From: Nitrospirota bacterium
Lineage (GTDB): Bacteria; Nitrospirota; UBA9217
DNA length: 64,000 bases
NCBI GenBank assembly: GCA_963749655.1
Contig: CAVVOB010000030.1
Location: 64,001-128,000, forward strand
Direction: 5' to 3'
The position numbers and the translations under genes are program-made. Shown in pieces: positions 34,520-44,732 of this stretch. Every line of letters starts with the position of its first letter. Positions within the stretch are counted from its first letter, which is position 1. The notes beneath the pieces were generated by a model. The model searched no databases. It was not told where the DNA came from and saw nothing but the letters and a program-made list of their open reading frames with translations.

Positions 34520-34671
34520 CGTTTTGTCCCTTTCCTTTTGAAATGATCCTGCCGGAAACATGATACTGCTGCGGAAATAATTTTTCAAGAGCCTGCGAAG
34601 CGGCGGTTGCGTCGTGTCCGGGCGAAAACCTGCGGCAGCCGATCGGGAGCGAATGGCGGGCAACGGGGAGG

Positions 34672-36165
34672 CTACTGGGCAGGCGTCGACTTTTTCTGGG
34701 GAAGCCGGTCGGTTCCCGTGGGAAGCTCTATCGTGAACGATGCGCCTCCGTCCTCGGCGGCGTCGAGGCGGATTGCGCCGCCGTGTTCGGTGACGATACC
34801 GTGGGCGATGGAAAGACCGAGGCCGGTGCCGATGCCGACCGGTTTTGTCGTGAAGAAGGGATCGAAGATCTTTGCCGCCACCTTCTGCGGTATGCCGGGT
34901 CCGTTGTCGCTCACCTTGATCACGACCCGCCGGCTTGCCTTGTCGAAGCGGGTGACGAACCGGATCCTGCCTTTGGTCTGGCCGCCGTCCACGATCGCCT
35001 GCTCGGCGTTCAAGAGCAGGTTCAGGACGACCTGCTGGATTTGCTGGGCGTCCACGAAAACCGTAGAAACGGGATCGTATTCCCGCACGATCTGGATGTT
35101 GTTGGACTTGAGCCAGTAGCTTCTGAGGTCGATGGCGCGGTCGATGATGTCGTTGATGGTCTCCAGGCTCTTCGAGGGCGTGCGCTGCCGCGAGAAGGTC
35201 AGGAGGTTGTCGACGATCTTCTTGCACCGCTCGGCGCTGTCCAGGATCTTCTTGAGCTCGGCCTTCACGGCCTCGTCGGTCACTTTCATGCTGAGGAGTT
35301 CGGTGTACGCGATGGTGCCCGTGAGGGGGTTGTTGATCTCGTGGGCGACGCCCGATACGAGCAGGCCGATCGACGCAAGCTTGTCTGCGTGGTACAGCTG
35401 GTCTTTCAGCCGCCTGACCTCGGTGATGTTCTTCATGACATGGATCGTCAGGGGGCGGCTGTCCTCGCGGAGCGGGAAGATGCTGATCTGGAAGATTTCG
35501 TCGCCGATCTTTTTCTCGTAGATCCGGGGAGCGCCGCTGTCCAGTACGTCCTTCATCGTCGCGGCGCTGGGAAGCTCGAGGTCGAAGACGTCGCTCAGCC
35601 GGTTGCCGACGATTTCCCGCGGATGCTTCCCGATGGAAGCGGCAAAGGAATGGTTCACCTTGATCAGGATCTGGTCGTGGTCCAGAACGAAGATATAGTC
35701 CGTGATGGCGTCGATGATGGACATCCACTGTTTCTGGCTGTGCAGGATCGCCCGGGACCGCTCGGCGTTCTCGTGGGCGGCCTCGAACCGCGTTATGACC
35801 TGCTCGGCAACAAGCGGGTAGATGTCGACCGCGTCGGAGGAGATGCATTCGAACGCCCCGTCGCGGAGCGCCTGGAGCACGATGTCACTGCGTATCTGCT
35901 CGGTCATCATGACCACCGGAGCCGAATGCTGGGCAGATTCGAGGCGCGCCATGATCTCAAAGGCATCCATGCCGCAGCGCGCATGATCGAAGAACACCGC
36001 ATCCACGGTCTCCTGCTTGACGACCTCGATGCCAGCTTCGGGAGTGGACGCAAACAGCAGCCGGGTTCCTGCTGCGGACCGCGCAAAGGCCGCGCTGATC
36101 CGCGCGCGCCGATCGTCGCCGGAAGCGATGAAAAGGATCCTATGTTCAATCCTTCTTGGCGACAA
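34672..36165 (-). CDS. REC-PAS-histidine kinase (NtrB-like)
   Basis: N-terminal receiver, PAS, GVAHEINNPL, NLLLNAEQA, DNGPG, FFTTK..GTGLGL; RBS AGGAGG before TTG. Confidence 0.9.
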   Translation of the reverse strand: MSPRRIEHRILFIASGDDRRARISAAFARSAAGTRLLFASTPEAGIEVVKQETVDAVFFDHARCGMDAFEIMARLESAQHSAPVVMMTEQIRSDIVLQALRDGAFECISSDAVDIYPLVAEQVITRFEAAHENAERSRAILHSQKQWMSIIDAITDYIFVLDHDQILIKVNHSFAASIGKHPREIVGNRLSDVFDLELPSAATMKDVLDSGAPRIYEKKIGDEIFQISIFPLREDSRPLTIHVMKNITEVRRLKDQLYHADKLASIGLLVSGVAHEINNPLTGTIAYTELLSMKVTDEAVKAELKKILDSAERCKKIVDNLLTFSRQRTPSKSLETINDIIDRAIDLRSYWLKSNNIQIVREYDPVSTVFVDAQQIQQVVLNLLLNAEQAIVDGGQTKGRIRFVTRFDKASRRVVIKVSDNGPGIPQKVAAKIFDPFFTTKPVGIGTGLGLSIAHGIVTEHGGAIRLDAAEDGGASFTIELPTGTDRLPQKKSTPAQ

Positions 36166-36603
36166 AAAGAATATCTATCCTCCTGTTTGAGGTCCACCGA
36201 GCCGCTCCCGAAAAAAAACCGTCGCCCAGGGACGTCACTACGCCCCGCTGGTCGCGGCTGATGGCGTTCCCTTTCAGTATAGCAAATTTCGTGAAAGCCC
36301 CCCTGACTTCCTTCTCCGGCGCAACACCGGCATAATCGGGCGTCGTCGGTCCGACGATGACCGGCATGGCGAAGGAGTCCGTTTTCGCCGCCTTAACGCC
36401 GTGTTCACGGTCCGAAGAAGCGTTCGAGCTTCCCCAGGTCCACGCTCCCGTTGCGCTAAATAGTCATGCCCAAAAATTCAGCCCGCCGTCTTATGCTATA
36501 ATGGAAGAGTTTGAACAAATTTCGCCGTGATTGCGGGGCAATCGCGGTCGCGGCAATTCAGCTGTCAGCTGAAAACCGTGCCGGGCAATTCGAGGCCAGC
36601 TTC

Positions 36604-37689
36604 ATGAACGCCATTCCCATCAGACAGACCGGGCAGCTGCTGTCGCTGTTCACGAACGGCACGGAGACGCTGCCGCTCGCAGCGGGCGAGATCGTGACCG
36701 CCGAAGTGCTGGGAACGGGCGCGGGCAATGTCGCCACGGTCAGGCTGAAGAACGCGGTGCTCGACGTGCAGACCGACGTTTCCCTCCGGAAGGGCGACCT
36801 TCTCACGCTGCGCGTCGAGAAGCAGGAGAACGCGGTCTACCTGCGGCTTACCGGCAGCGCGGACCAGTCCGCTTCGGTCAGGAATGCGGCGCTCTCGGCG
36901 CTTGCCGGGTTCGAGAAGCTCAAGCCTGCGACAGAGTCGATTACGGAGCTCGTCAGCCTTCTCTCCCGGCTTCCCGAGGGGCTCAGGGAGAACCTTCCCG
37001 AAATCGACGTCATCAGCTCGTTCCTGCTGCAGATCGACCGTCTCTCGGGCAAGACCTTGAAGGGCATGGTCGAGAACGGCGGCGTATTTTTCGAGAGCAA
37101 GCTCCGCATCCTGGCCTATGGGCTTGAGGCCGACGGCATGACCGCTGATATCGAGGCAGGCCGCATCATTGCCGGCGACCTCAAGGCCGCGCTCCTGCGT
37201 CTCAAGGACACGCTGCTCTCGCCGTCGGTGCTCGAGAGCCTCTCGACGCGGGTCAGCACCGGCGATCTCCTGTCCGCGCTGAACGCCGTCCTGCGGAACA
37301 TCGAATATTGCCAGCTCCAGTCGAAACTCACCGATTCCCTCCATTTTTTCCTGCCGCTCGTCTGGCAGCAGCTGAAGGACGGTGAAATCATCATGCGGGA
37401 GTACGATCACGGCAAGCAGGGTGAGCGGTCCTATGCCTGCACGGTTTCACTCGATCTCGAACGCGCCGGCAAGGTCCGCGTGGACATGCTTTTCCAGGGC
37501 GGCTACATTCACGTGACCTGCGCGGCCGAGAACAGTGGTTTTTCGCAGATCCTTCAGGACGGCGCACAAGCGCTCGAAGGGCAGTTTAAGGCGTCGGGGA
37601 TCAGGCTTGGCCATCTCTCCGTTCGGCACGAGCCGGGACTGGACCTTCGCAAGGAATATAAGGGTGGGGGATTAAGCATCAGGGCGTGA
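36604..37689 (+). CDS. FliK-like (hook-length control) protein
   Basis: ENGGVFFESKL, DLKAALL, C-terminal LDLERAGKVRV; adjacent to FlhB-cytoplasmic-like gene. Confidence 0.65.
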   Translation: MNAIPIRQTGQLLSLFTNGTETLPLAAGEIVTAEVLGTGAGNVATVRLKNAVLDVQTDVSLRKGDLLTLRVEKQENAVYLRLTGSADQSASVRNAALSALAGFEKLKPATESITELVSLLSRLPEGLRENLPEIDVISSFLLQIDRLSGKTLKGMVENGGVFFESKLRILAYGLEADGMTADIEAGRIIAGDLKAALLRLKDTLLSPSVLESLSTRVSTGDLLSALNAVLRNIEYCQLQSKLTDSLHFFLPLVWQQLKDGEIIMREYDHGKQGERSYACTVSLDLERAGKVRVDMLFQGGYIHVTCAAENSGFSQILQDGAQALEGQFKASGIRLGHLSVRHEPGLDLRKEYKGGGLSIRA

Positions 37690-37696
37690 AAAGCAT

Positions 37697-37928
37697 GCAG
37701 CCACGGATGAAGAGCATGTAACCACGGATGAACACTGATAAACACGGATGACTCAAGGTTAAAGAAAACGCCTGAATCTTCGGCTGGTGGTCATGATAAG
37801 AGAGTTTGTAACCACGGATGAACACTGATGAACACGGATGACTCAAGGGTTAAGGAAAAACACCAGGTGAAGTTTTCATGCAGACCCGGATGTTGATTTG
37901 GCGTTTTAACCGTGTTCATCCGTGGTTA
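37697..37928. repeat. Nonamer-periodic element: two ~45-bp direct repeats (37717, 37807) and an inverted arm
   Basis: TGTAACCACGGATGAACACTGATRAACACGGATGACTCAAGG x2; ACCGTGTTCATCCGTGGTTA. Confidence 0.85.
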
Positions 37929-37973
37929 TAATAAAAGAGTTTGAATCTGCCGTAACCAGGACGAGGGAATGAA

Positions 37974-38237
37974 GTGAAGGACAACCGGGAAAAAGCAGCG
38001 GCGCTGAAATACCGGAAAGGCGTCGATTCCGCGCCCTCCGTCGTTGCCAAGGGCAGGGGGCTCGTGGCCAAGAAGATCATCGACCTTGCCCGGAAGAACG
38101 GCGTGCCGGTCCATGAAGACCGCAACCTGATCGAGCTCCTCTCGACGATCGAGCTGTACGAGGAGATCCCGACGGAGCTGTACAAGGCCGTTGCAGAGGT
38201 CCTTGCCTATATCTACCGGATGAGCAACCAGCTCTGA
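37974..38237 (+). CDS. EscU/YscU/FlhB cytoplasmic-domain-like protein
   Basis: AAALKY...AP.VVAKG.G..A.KII..A....VP, EIP.ELY.AVAEVL. Confidence 0.88.
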   Translation: MKDNREKAAALKYRKGVDSAPSVVAKGRGLVAKKIIDLARKNGVPVHEDRNLIELLSTIELYEEIPTELYKAVAEVLAYIYRMSNQL

Positions 38238-38270
38238 TCCGTTTCCGCGGGAAGCCGCGTTTCCGGCTCA

Positions 38271-40422
38271 TCAGAAGGGAACAGCGTGCTTTGATTTCGC
38301 GTCGAGGATCCGCCTCACCACGGACAGCAGGTTGTAGGATTCGAAAGGCTTCTGCAGAAATCCGTCGATGTCCTTGATGTCCTCTTTTTCCGCCACATAC
38401 TTCGTGTAGCCCGAAACTGCAAGCACCTTTACTTCCGGATGGATCGCCTTCACCTGTCGGATCAGCTCCTTCCCGTCCAGGCGCGGCATGACGATGTCCG
38501 TGATGAGCAGCGCCGTTTCGTGGAAAATCCTCCGGTAGATGTCCAGGGCCACGGTGGGATCGCTGGTCGCGAACACCTTGTAGCCGTGGCTTTCCAGCGC
38601 CTCCCGCATGATGTCCAGAATGTCTTCCTCGTCGTCGACCACCAGGAGCGTTTCCTTTCCCATGGTCGGCGCGATGCGGGCTTCCGCCATGATCGCTGCG
38701 GAGGGTGAGGCCGGAAGGTAGACCGTGAAGATGCTTCCGGTGCCGACCGTGCTCTGGACGGCGAGAAATCCCTGGTGGTCCTTGACGGCTCCGTAGACCA
38801 TGGAAAGTCCGAGCCCCGTGCCCTTCCCCTGTTCCTTGGTCGTGAAGAACGGCTCGAAGATCTTGCTCACGATCTCCTGGGGTATTCCCGCAGCCGGTGT
38901 CCGTGACGCTCAGTATCACGTATTCTCCCGGCGGCACATAGGGCGGAACGTTCGGCATCTTTCTGACGACCGTCTTCGCCTCGGTCTTGATGGAGATGCG
39001 GCCGCCGGTGGGCATGGCGTCGCGGGAGTTGACGATGAAGTTCATGATGACCTGCTCCATCTGGTTCGCATCGCCCTGGATCAGCGGGAGGCGGTTGTCC
39101 AGCTCGACGGTCATGCTGATCTTCTTGTCGATGACCTGTTCCAGCAGCTTCACCGTGTCGTAAACCACGTCGTTCAGATTGAGCGGAGTCAGCTCGTATT
39201 TGCTCTTTCGGGAGAAGCCCAGCAGCTTGGAGATCATCCGTCCGGCCCTTCGGGACGCGTCCTCGATGACGCCGATGCTGCGCAGGGAGCGGTCGTCGAG
39301 CGTCGAGGATTTCCGTACGATGGCCGCGTGCCCGAGGATGGCGGTGAGGATGTTGTTGAAGTCGTGGGCGATGCCGCCGGCCAGGACGCCGATGGACTCC
39401 ATTTTCTGGGACTGGAACAGGTGCTCCTGGAACTTCTTCTTTTCCGTGATATCGCGGTAGAACGACTGGATATAGGTCGCATCGCCGATGGTGACGGCCT
39501 TGGCGCTGATTTCGAAGTGAACGGAGGACCCGTCGCGTTTGTTGTGGCGGGCTTCAAACACCAGCGATTCGCCGTCCAGGATCCGGCGCATCCGTTCGGC
39601 CATCTTGTCCCGGTCGCCGGCGTCCTCCAGCAGCCTGATGTGGGTGCCGATGAGCGTTTCCCGCGTGAAGCCGTGCATCTCGCAGGCCCGCTCATTTGCG
39701 TTCACGATGATGCTGCTCCTGTCGAGGACGATGATGCCGTCGGTCGCGTTCTCGAACAGCGCCCGGTGCCACTGCTCCGACTCGTGCAGCTCCTTCGTCC
39801 GCTCCTCGACCATGCTTTTGAGCTGCGAGGAGTAGGCCTCGAGCTGCAGCTTGTCCTGGGAGAGGTCGTACTCCAGGGAGAGGTTCTGCACGTACAGTTT
39901 ATAATTCACGTACCGCCACAGGAGGCCTCCGCCTATGGTGGCCGCGAGAAATACGCTGTTATTGATGAAAATGCTCGGATTGGTGATCGTATCGAGCGCC
40001 AAAATGGGAATTACGTAAATGGCATAGATTATTCCCGCCAGCACAAGCGACAACCGCAGGGAAATGGGGAGCAGCCCGAAGAGAAAGACATACACGATCA
40101 TCAAACCCGCATAGTAGGGGGACTGATGGCCGCCGAAGGAGAGAATCATCAATTCGACCATCGTTGAGATCGCTATCGTGGCCGCAACAATAATGACGTT
40201 GAAAACGGGGATTTTCTTGTAGAGAAAATACAAGCCGATGTAAACTGCGGAGGTGGCCACCCGATAGAGAATGAACCGCTTGAAATTTTCGGGCGTGACG
40301 AAGTAATCCAGGAAGCCGAGCATCAAGATGCCCAGCGTGGCGAAGAGCAGGAGCTTTTCAAAGAAAAGACGCGACGCATCCTGCAGATGCTGCTGGATAT
40401 AGCGTTCTTTATCGGAGCTCAT
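38271..40422 (-). CDS. Hybrid sensor kinase: multi-TM (PhcS-like) input + PAS + HisKA/HATPase + REC; frameshift near 38880
   Basis: ~6 TMs with [30 protein letters not shown] | [15 protein letters not shown], receiver LVVDDE..ITD..KPF. Confidence 0.88.
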
Positions 40423-40439
40423 CGTAGCGCTACTTTAGC

Positions 40440-41855
40440 CTACTTTTTCCCTTTAATCAAGATCATCTTTGCCGTACCGTAGCCGACGTATGCGGTACCG
40501 GAAATCCCGAGGCCCAGGGTTGTCCAGTGCCCGGCCAGGTACAGCCCGCCGATGAAAAGCGGTTTGCGCATGCTGGGCACGGCCAGCTGCTCCGGCATAG
40601 CTGCCCATCCCAGCGAAGCGCCTTCATAATTCAGCGTGTATCGGAACAGGGTCTGCGGAGTGGCTGCATCGCGGCAGACGATATGCTTCGATAAGCCGGG
40701 GACCGCGCGCTTTTCGATGACGTCGATGAACGCTTCCCGCCAGGCGGCCTTGTTCTCTTTCCAGAAAGCCGCGTTCTTAAAAGGCGCGAGGATAAGGGCC
40801 GTCAGTGTCGAGGCATCGCGGCCGATCCGCAGCGCGATCCCGCTGAAACTCCCCTGGTCCCGGGTCCGCATATCGTGAAACATTTTTTCGATGTCGTAAT
40901 GCTCGGAGAAAAAGAAAAACGTCCCCGGCGTGCAGGGGGGCGTAAAAGCCTCATCGAGGCCCAGGTATACGATGAAATTGGACATCGAAGGCGTCATGCC
41001 TTCCAGTCCGGCGCGGAAATCCCGGTCGACGCAGGCGCCGTCCAGGAGCTCGAGAAAGGTCTGCCTGGCATCGCAGTCCGATATCACCTGTCGCGCCTGC
41101 ACGAAGCCGGCGGTGTCGAGCGTGACGCCGCTGACAGCCGCGTCACGCACGGTGATTTTTGTCGCGGTTGTCGACAGCCGCAGGTCTCCGCCCAGTTCCC
41201 TGAACCGTTCCGCAAGAACGTCGGACAGGGCCTGCATTCCGCCTTCCGGGTAATAGCCGCCGTCGAAGAGGAATTCGGAATACAATTTGGCGCCGACAAA
41301 TGCGGATATCATGGACGGCGGGAGCGCCCCGATTCCCAGGAAAGGCAGGGACAGGAGCGCCTTCAACTTCTCATCGTTGAAATACAGGTCCAGCAATGCC
41401 TTGAAGGTCAGGCGTCTTAATTTGGCGAAGGAGGAGGGGTGGGAATCCCTCAAGAGGTTGAAAAAATCCCCGAGCCGCGTTCTCTCGGAAGGAAATGCCG
41501 CCTGAAATTCATCGACCGTCCTCGCATAATCGTTCCAGAATGAAACCGAGTAATCCGGGGTGTTGATCACGTCCGAGGGATCCGGTCGTGTAATCCGCAA
41601 CCGCCGGTCGACGCCGATTTCCTGAAGGATCTTCCTCATCATTCCTTCCTGCCGGTAGGACCCGAAGCAGTGAGGGGCGGCATCGAAAAGGAATCCGTTT
41701 CTTCTGAAGGAAGTGCAATAGCCGCCCGGTTTATGATGCCGTTCCGCGATCATCACCTTCATCCCGGCTTTTGCGAGAAAGCAGCCGCAGACCAGGCCGC
41801 CGATGCCGGCGCCGATGACGACGGCATCGTAGGGGGGCTGGTCAGTTTTTCCCAT
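40440..41855 (-). CDS. Phytoene-desaturase (CrtI)-like FAD oxidoreductase
   Basis: GAGIGG, PGGYCTSF.R.GF.FD, YYP.GG, ATP.T..RYT.N..GA, GLYLAGHW. Confidence 0.85.
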   Translation of the reverse strand: MGKTDQPPYDAVVIGAGIGGLVCGCFLAKAGMKVMIAERHHKPGGYCTSFRRNGFLFDAAPHCFGSYRQEGMMRKILQEIGVDRRLRITRPDPSDVINTPDYSVSFWNDYARTVDEFQAAFPSERTRLGDFFNLLRDSHPSSFAKLRRLTFKALLDLYFNDEKLKALLSLPFLGIGALPPSMISAFVGAKLYSEFLFDGGYYPEGGMQALSDVLAERFRELGGDLRLSTTATKITVRDAAVSGVTLDTAGFVQARQVISDCDARQTFLELLDGACVDRDFRAGLEGMTPSMSNFIVYLGLDEAFTPPCTPGTFFFFSEHYDIEKMFHDMRTRDQGSFSGIALRIGRDASTLTALILAPFKNAAFWKENKAAWREAFIDVIEKRAVPGLSKHIVCRDAATPQTLFRYTLNYEGASLGWAAMPEQLAVPSMRKPLFIGGLYLAGHWTTLGLGISGTAYVGYGTAKMILIKGKK

Positions 41856-42105
41856 GAGCGGACCTTTCGGTCAGCAGCCTGTTGACCAGCGTGACCGCCT
41901 GGTTCACGGTCGTTATTTTCGGAACATCCTCATCCCTGACCGAGAGTTTGAACTTCTTTTCGAGCGCTACCGTGATTTCGATGGCCTTGATGGAATCTAT
42001 TTCCAGGTCCTCGAAAAAATGAGTGTCCGGTTTTATCTCGGCTTCGTCGAATCCCGAGATGTCCGCAATGATGGAAATGATCTGCTGCTCAATGGGGTCA
42101 GACAT
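41842..42105 (-). CDS. Acyl carrier protein
   Basis: DLEIDSI (Ser attachment site), acidic, 87 aa. Confidence 0.92.
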   Translation of the reverse strand: MSDPIEQQIISIIADISGFDEAEIKPDTHFFEDLEIDSIKAIEITVALEKKFKLSVRDEDVPKITTVNQAVTLVNRLLTERSAHGKN

Positions 42106-42124
42106 GGTTCTCCGCAATCCTTTC

Positions 42125-43354
42125 TTAATCGGGGATGAACTTTTTTATGGCCAGCGAGGCATTGTTGCCGCCGAAGGCGTAGGAATTGTTGAGTGCGCAG
42201 TCGACCGTATGGCTTCGCGACGCGTTCGGCACGCAGTCGATATCGCATTCCGGGTCGGGCGTCTCGAAGTTCATGGTCGGCGGCACGACATCGTGCGTGA
42301 CCGCGAGGGCGCAGGCGATCGCTTCAAGCGCCGAAGCCGCTCCCATGGCATGGCCGAGCATGGACTTGATCGAACTGACGGGGATCGCGCGCAGCCGGTC
42401 GCCGAACACGATCCGCATGGCAGCGCACTCGGCGCGGTCGTTCGTTGCCGTACCCGTGCCGTGGGCGCTGATATAATCTACGTCGTCCCCGCTGATTCCC
42501 GATTCCTTCATCGCCTTTCGCATGCACCCGGCTATTCCCTCGACAGAGGCGTTCGTCATATGGTGGGCGTCGCAGCTCAGGCCGTAACCCGCTATTTCAG
42601 CGTAGATCGGAGCTCCCCGTTCGAGCGCGCTCCCGAGAGATTCCAGGACGAGGAAACCGGCCCCCTCGGCCACCATCATACCTTTTCTGTTCTTGTCAAA
42701 AGGCCGGCATTTTTCCGGCGCCACGGCGGAGAACTGGTTGAAACCCGTGAAGGAGATGCGGGAAAAGGCATCCGATGCGCCGGCCAGCACGATATCCGCC
42801 CTGCCGAGCCGGATAAGATCATAACCGTATCCGATGGCGTAGTTGCCTGCAGCGCAGGCCGTGGAAAACATGACGTTCGGGCCGGTGAGCCGCAGCTCCC
42901 GGGCGATGATTGCCGGCGTTGTGTGCGTAGGCAGCTGGCCGATCAGCTCACGAGCCACGCGGCCTTTGTTCAGAAGGATATCGTCGATCCTCTCTATTGA
43001 CTGGATCGAGCCGGTCGTGGTGCCGCAGCAGGTTCCCGCTGTTGCTCCGGCGAGCTCTTCCGGCGACAAGGAGGCATCCTTTACCGCAAGAACAGCCGCT
43101 GCAAGGGCCATCTGGGTCGCCCGGCTGAGCGAAGCCAGGCGGTCGCGGGCAATGAAGTCCTCGGGTCTGAAATCCTTCACTTCACCGCCGAAATGGGTGA
43201 AGTAGGCGGAGGTATCGAACGACGATACCTCGCTGATGCCGGATTTTCCCCGGAGGAGGCCGGTCCAGAATTCATCCTTGCCGATGCCGAGGGAGGAAAT
43301 GACCCCGAGGCCGGTAATGACCACGCGCTGGTTATGTGGCGCCGTCTCTTTCAT
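42125..43354 (-). CDS. Beta-ketoacyl-ACP synthase (FabF-like, active KS)
   Basis: STACAAG, HGTGT..ND, KSMLGH, AFGG.N. Confidence 0.93.
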   Translation of the reverse strand: MKETAPHNQRVVITGLGVISSLGIGKDEFWTGLLRGKSGISEVSSFDTSAYFTHFGGEVKDFRPEDFIARDRLASLSRATQMALAAAVLAVKDASLSPEELAGATAGTCCGTTTGSIQSIERIDDILLNKGRVARELIGQLPTHTTPAIIARELRLTGPNVMFSTACAAGNYAIGYGYDLIRLGRADIVLAGASDAFSRISFTGFNQFSAVAPEKCRPFDKNRKGMMVAEGAGFLVLESLGSALERGAPIYAEIAGYGLSCDAHHMTNASVEGIAGCMRKAMKESGISGDDVDYISAHGTGTATNDRAECAAMRIVFGDRLRAIPVSSIKSMLGHAMGAASALEAIACALAVTHDVVPPTMNFETPDPECDIDCVPNASRSHTVDCALNNSYAFGGNNASLAIKKFIPD

Positions 43355-43412
43355 CGTTCCTGTGCCGTGACCGTCCTGCGAGCGACGCCGTGACATGCCG
43401 GTTGAACCGTCG

Positions 43413-44270
43413 TCAGCGTTTTTTGCATAAAAACCGTGCGTACTTGAGAAAGTCGTAATGGGTTTCGATCATGACCCTGAAGTAGCGGAGCGATTTGCTG
43501 AAATACTCTTCAGGCGCCGCCTTCAGATAAACGCGGGACATCTGCAGTTCCCGCAGGCGGGCGCGGAGACCGCGGTCGACGATGTCGGTCGTATCTTCTG
43601 CGAGCAGGACGTCGAAACCCGCCTCTTCCAGGAGCGCCCGGGTCTCGGCAATCGTATTCTGGAACCAGACCCCGTCGGCATAGGTGCCGGGAAAGTCGCC
43701 TCCCGCCCTGGTGAGGTCGCCTTTATCGCCCCGCGTCCAGTCGTGGAAACCCATGATGCCGTTCTTTTTCAGCACCCTCCGGAGCCCTGCAAGCGCGGTC
43801 TTCTTGTCGCTCCAGTGGCAGATGGTTTCATTGTGAAATATCCGGTCGAACGATTCATCGGAAAAGTCGACGCCATGAACGTCCTTCACGAGCCGTTCCG
43901 TCAGGCCGTCCACCCCTTCGAGGCGGTCGCAGGCTTTCGCTTTTTCTATCTGCACAGGGTTGATGTCGAAACCGACGATCCTGCACCGGAACATTTTTGC
44001 GATCAACCGTGTGGGGGCGCCGTTGCCGCATCCCGCGTCCAGGACGACGTGCTGCGGCGATATCTCCATCATCCGGAGCAGCTTCTCCACCTCATGCTGC
44101 AAGTGGTGGGACATGCTTTCCGTGTCGAAGATCCTCCTGTCCAGACTTCCGGGGTCGACGCCGAAGGCCTGATACAGCCGGCGCAGTTCTTCCGCCGAAT
44201 ACACCGGGAACCCGATGTTATGGGAGTAGCTTCGGATGATGTTCCCTACTACCTTGTCTTCAATCCCCAT
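43413..44270 (-). CDS. Class I SAM-dependent methyltransferase
   Basis: VLDAGCGNG, GFDIN, SFDRI. Confidence 0.85.
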   Translation of the reverse strand: MGIEDKVVGNIIRSYSHNIGFPVYSAEELRRLYQAFGVDPGSLDRRIFDTESMSHHLQHEVEKLLRMMEISPQHVVLDAGCGNGAPTRLIAKMFRCRIVGFDINPVQIEKAKACDRLEGVDGLTERLVKDVHGVDFSDESFDRIFHNETICHWSDKKTALAGLRRVLKKNGIMGFHDWTRGDKGDLTRAGGDFPGTYADGVWFQNTIAETRALLEEAGFDVLLAEDTTDIVDRGLRARLRELQMSRVYLKAAPEEYFSKSLRYFRVMIETHYDFLKYARFLCKKR

Positions 44271-44721
44271 CAGCGCGCTCCGGCCCCTCGTGTTCCTTGA
44301 CGCTGAACACCAGCTCCGCCTCCGCAATTTTTTCCCCGTCGACGAAAGCCTCGCCCGAGACAAAGGCGCCCGTCGGAAGGGTCTTTACGTTTTCGATCCG
44401 GATCCTCAGCTGATCTCCCGGCACTGCCGGTTGGAGAAACCGCGCCTTGACCGAGCCGAAGTAATAGAGCGGTTTGGGTCCGCTGCGCGTCTGGGCCACG
44501 GCAAAAAGGACGATCGCCGTCTGCGCCATGGCCTCCAGAATGAGCGCCCCCGGCAGGATGGCCTTCCCGGGAAAGTGTCCCTGGAAGACCATGTCGTTGC
44601 CCGAAACGTTCTTTATTGCCACCGCGAACTTTCCCGGCTCGACCTCGAGCACCCGGTCGATCATGATAAAGGGAAAGCGCTGCGGTATGAGTTTCTGGAT
44701 CTCTTCGAAATCAAGCTGCAT
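44260..44721 (-). CDS. 3-hydroxyacyl-ACP dehydratase (FabZ-like)
   Basis: PQRFPFIMIDRV, GHFPG..ILPG.LILEAMAQ. Confidence 0.92.
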   Translation of the reverse strand: MQLDFEEIQKLIPQRFPFIMIDRVLEVEPGKFAVAIKNVSGNDMVFQGHFPGKAILPGALILEAMAQTAIVLFAVAQTRSGPKPLYYFGSVKARFLQPAVPGDQLRIRIENVKTLPTGAFVSGEAFVDGEKIAEAELVFSVKEHEGPERADGD

Positions 44722-44732
44722 CGCCACCCGTC

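Noticed and set aside
37717-37852. Two ~45-bp direct repeats with a ~45-bp spacer as a mini-CRISPR
   Set aside because: Only two units, internally 9-nt periodic, paired with an inverted arm, and no cas genes in the window.
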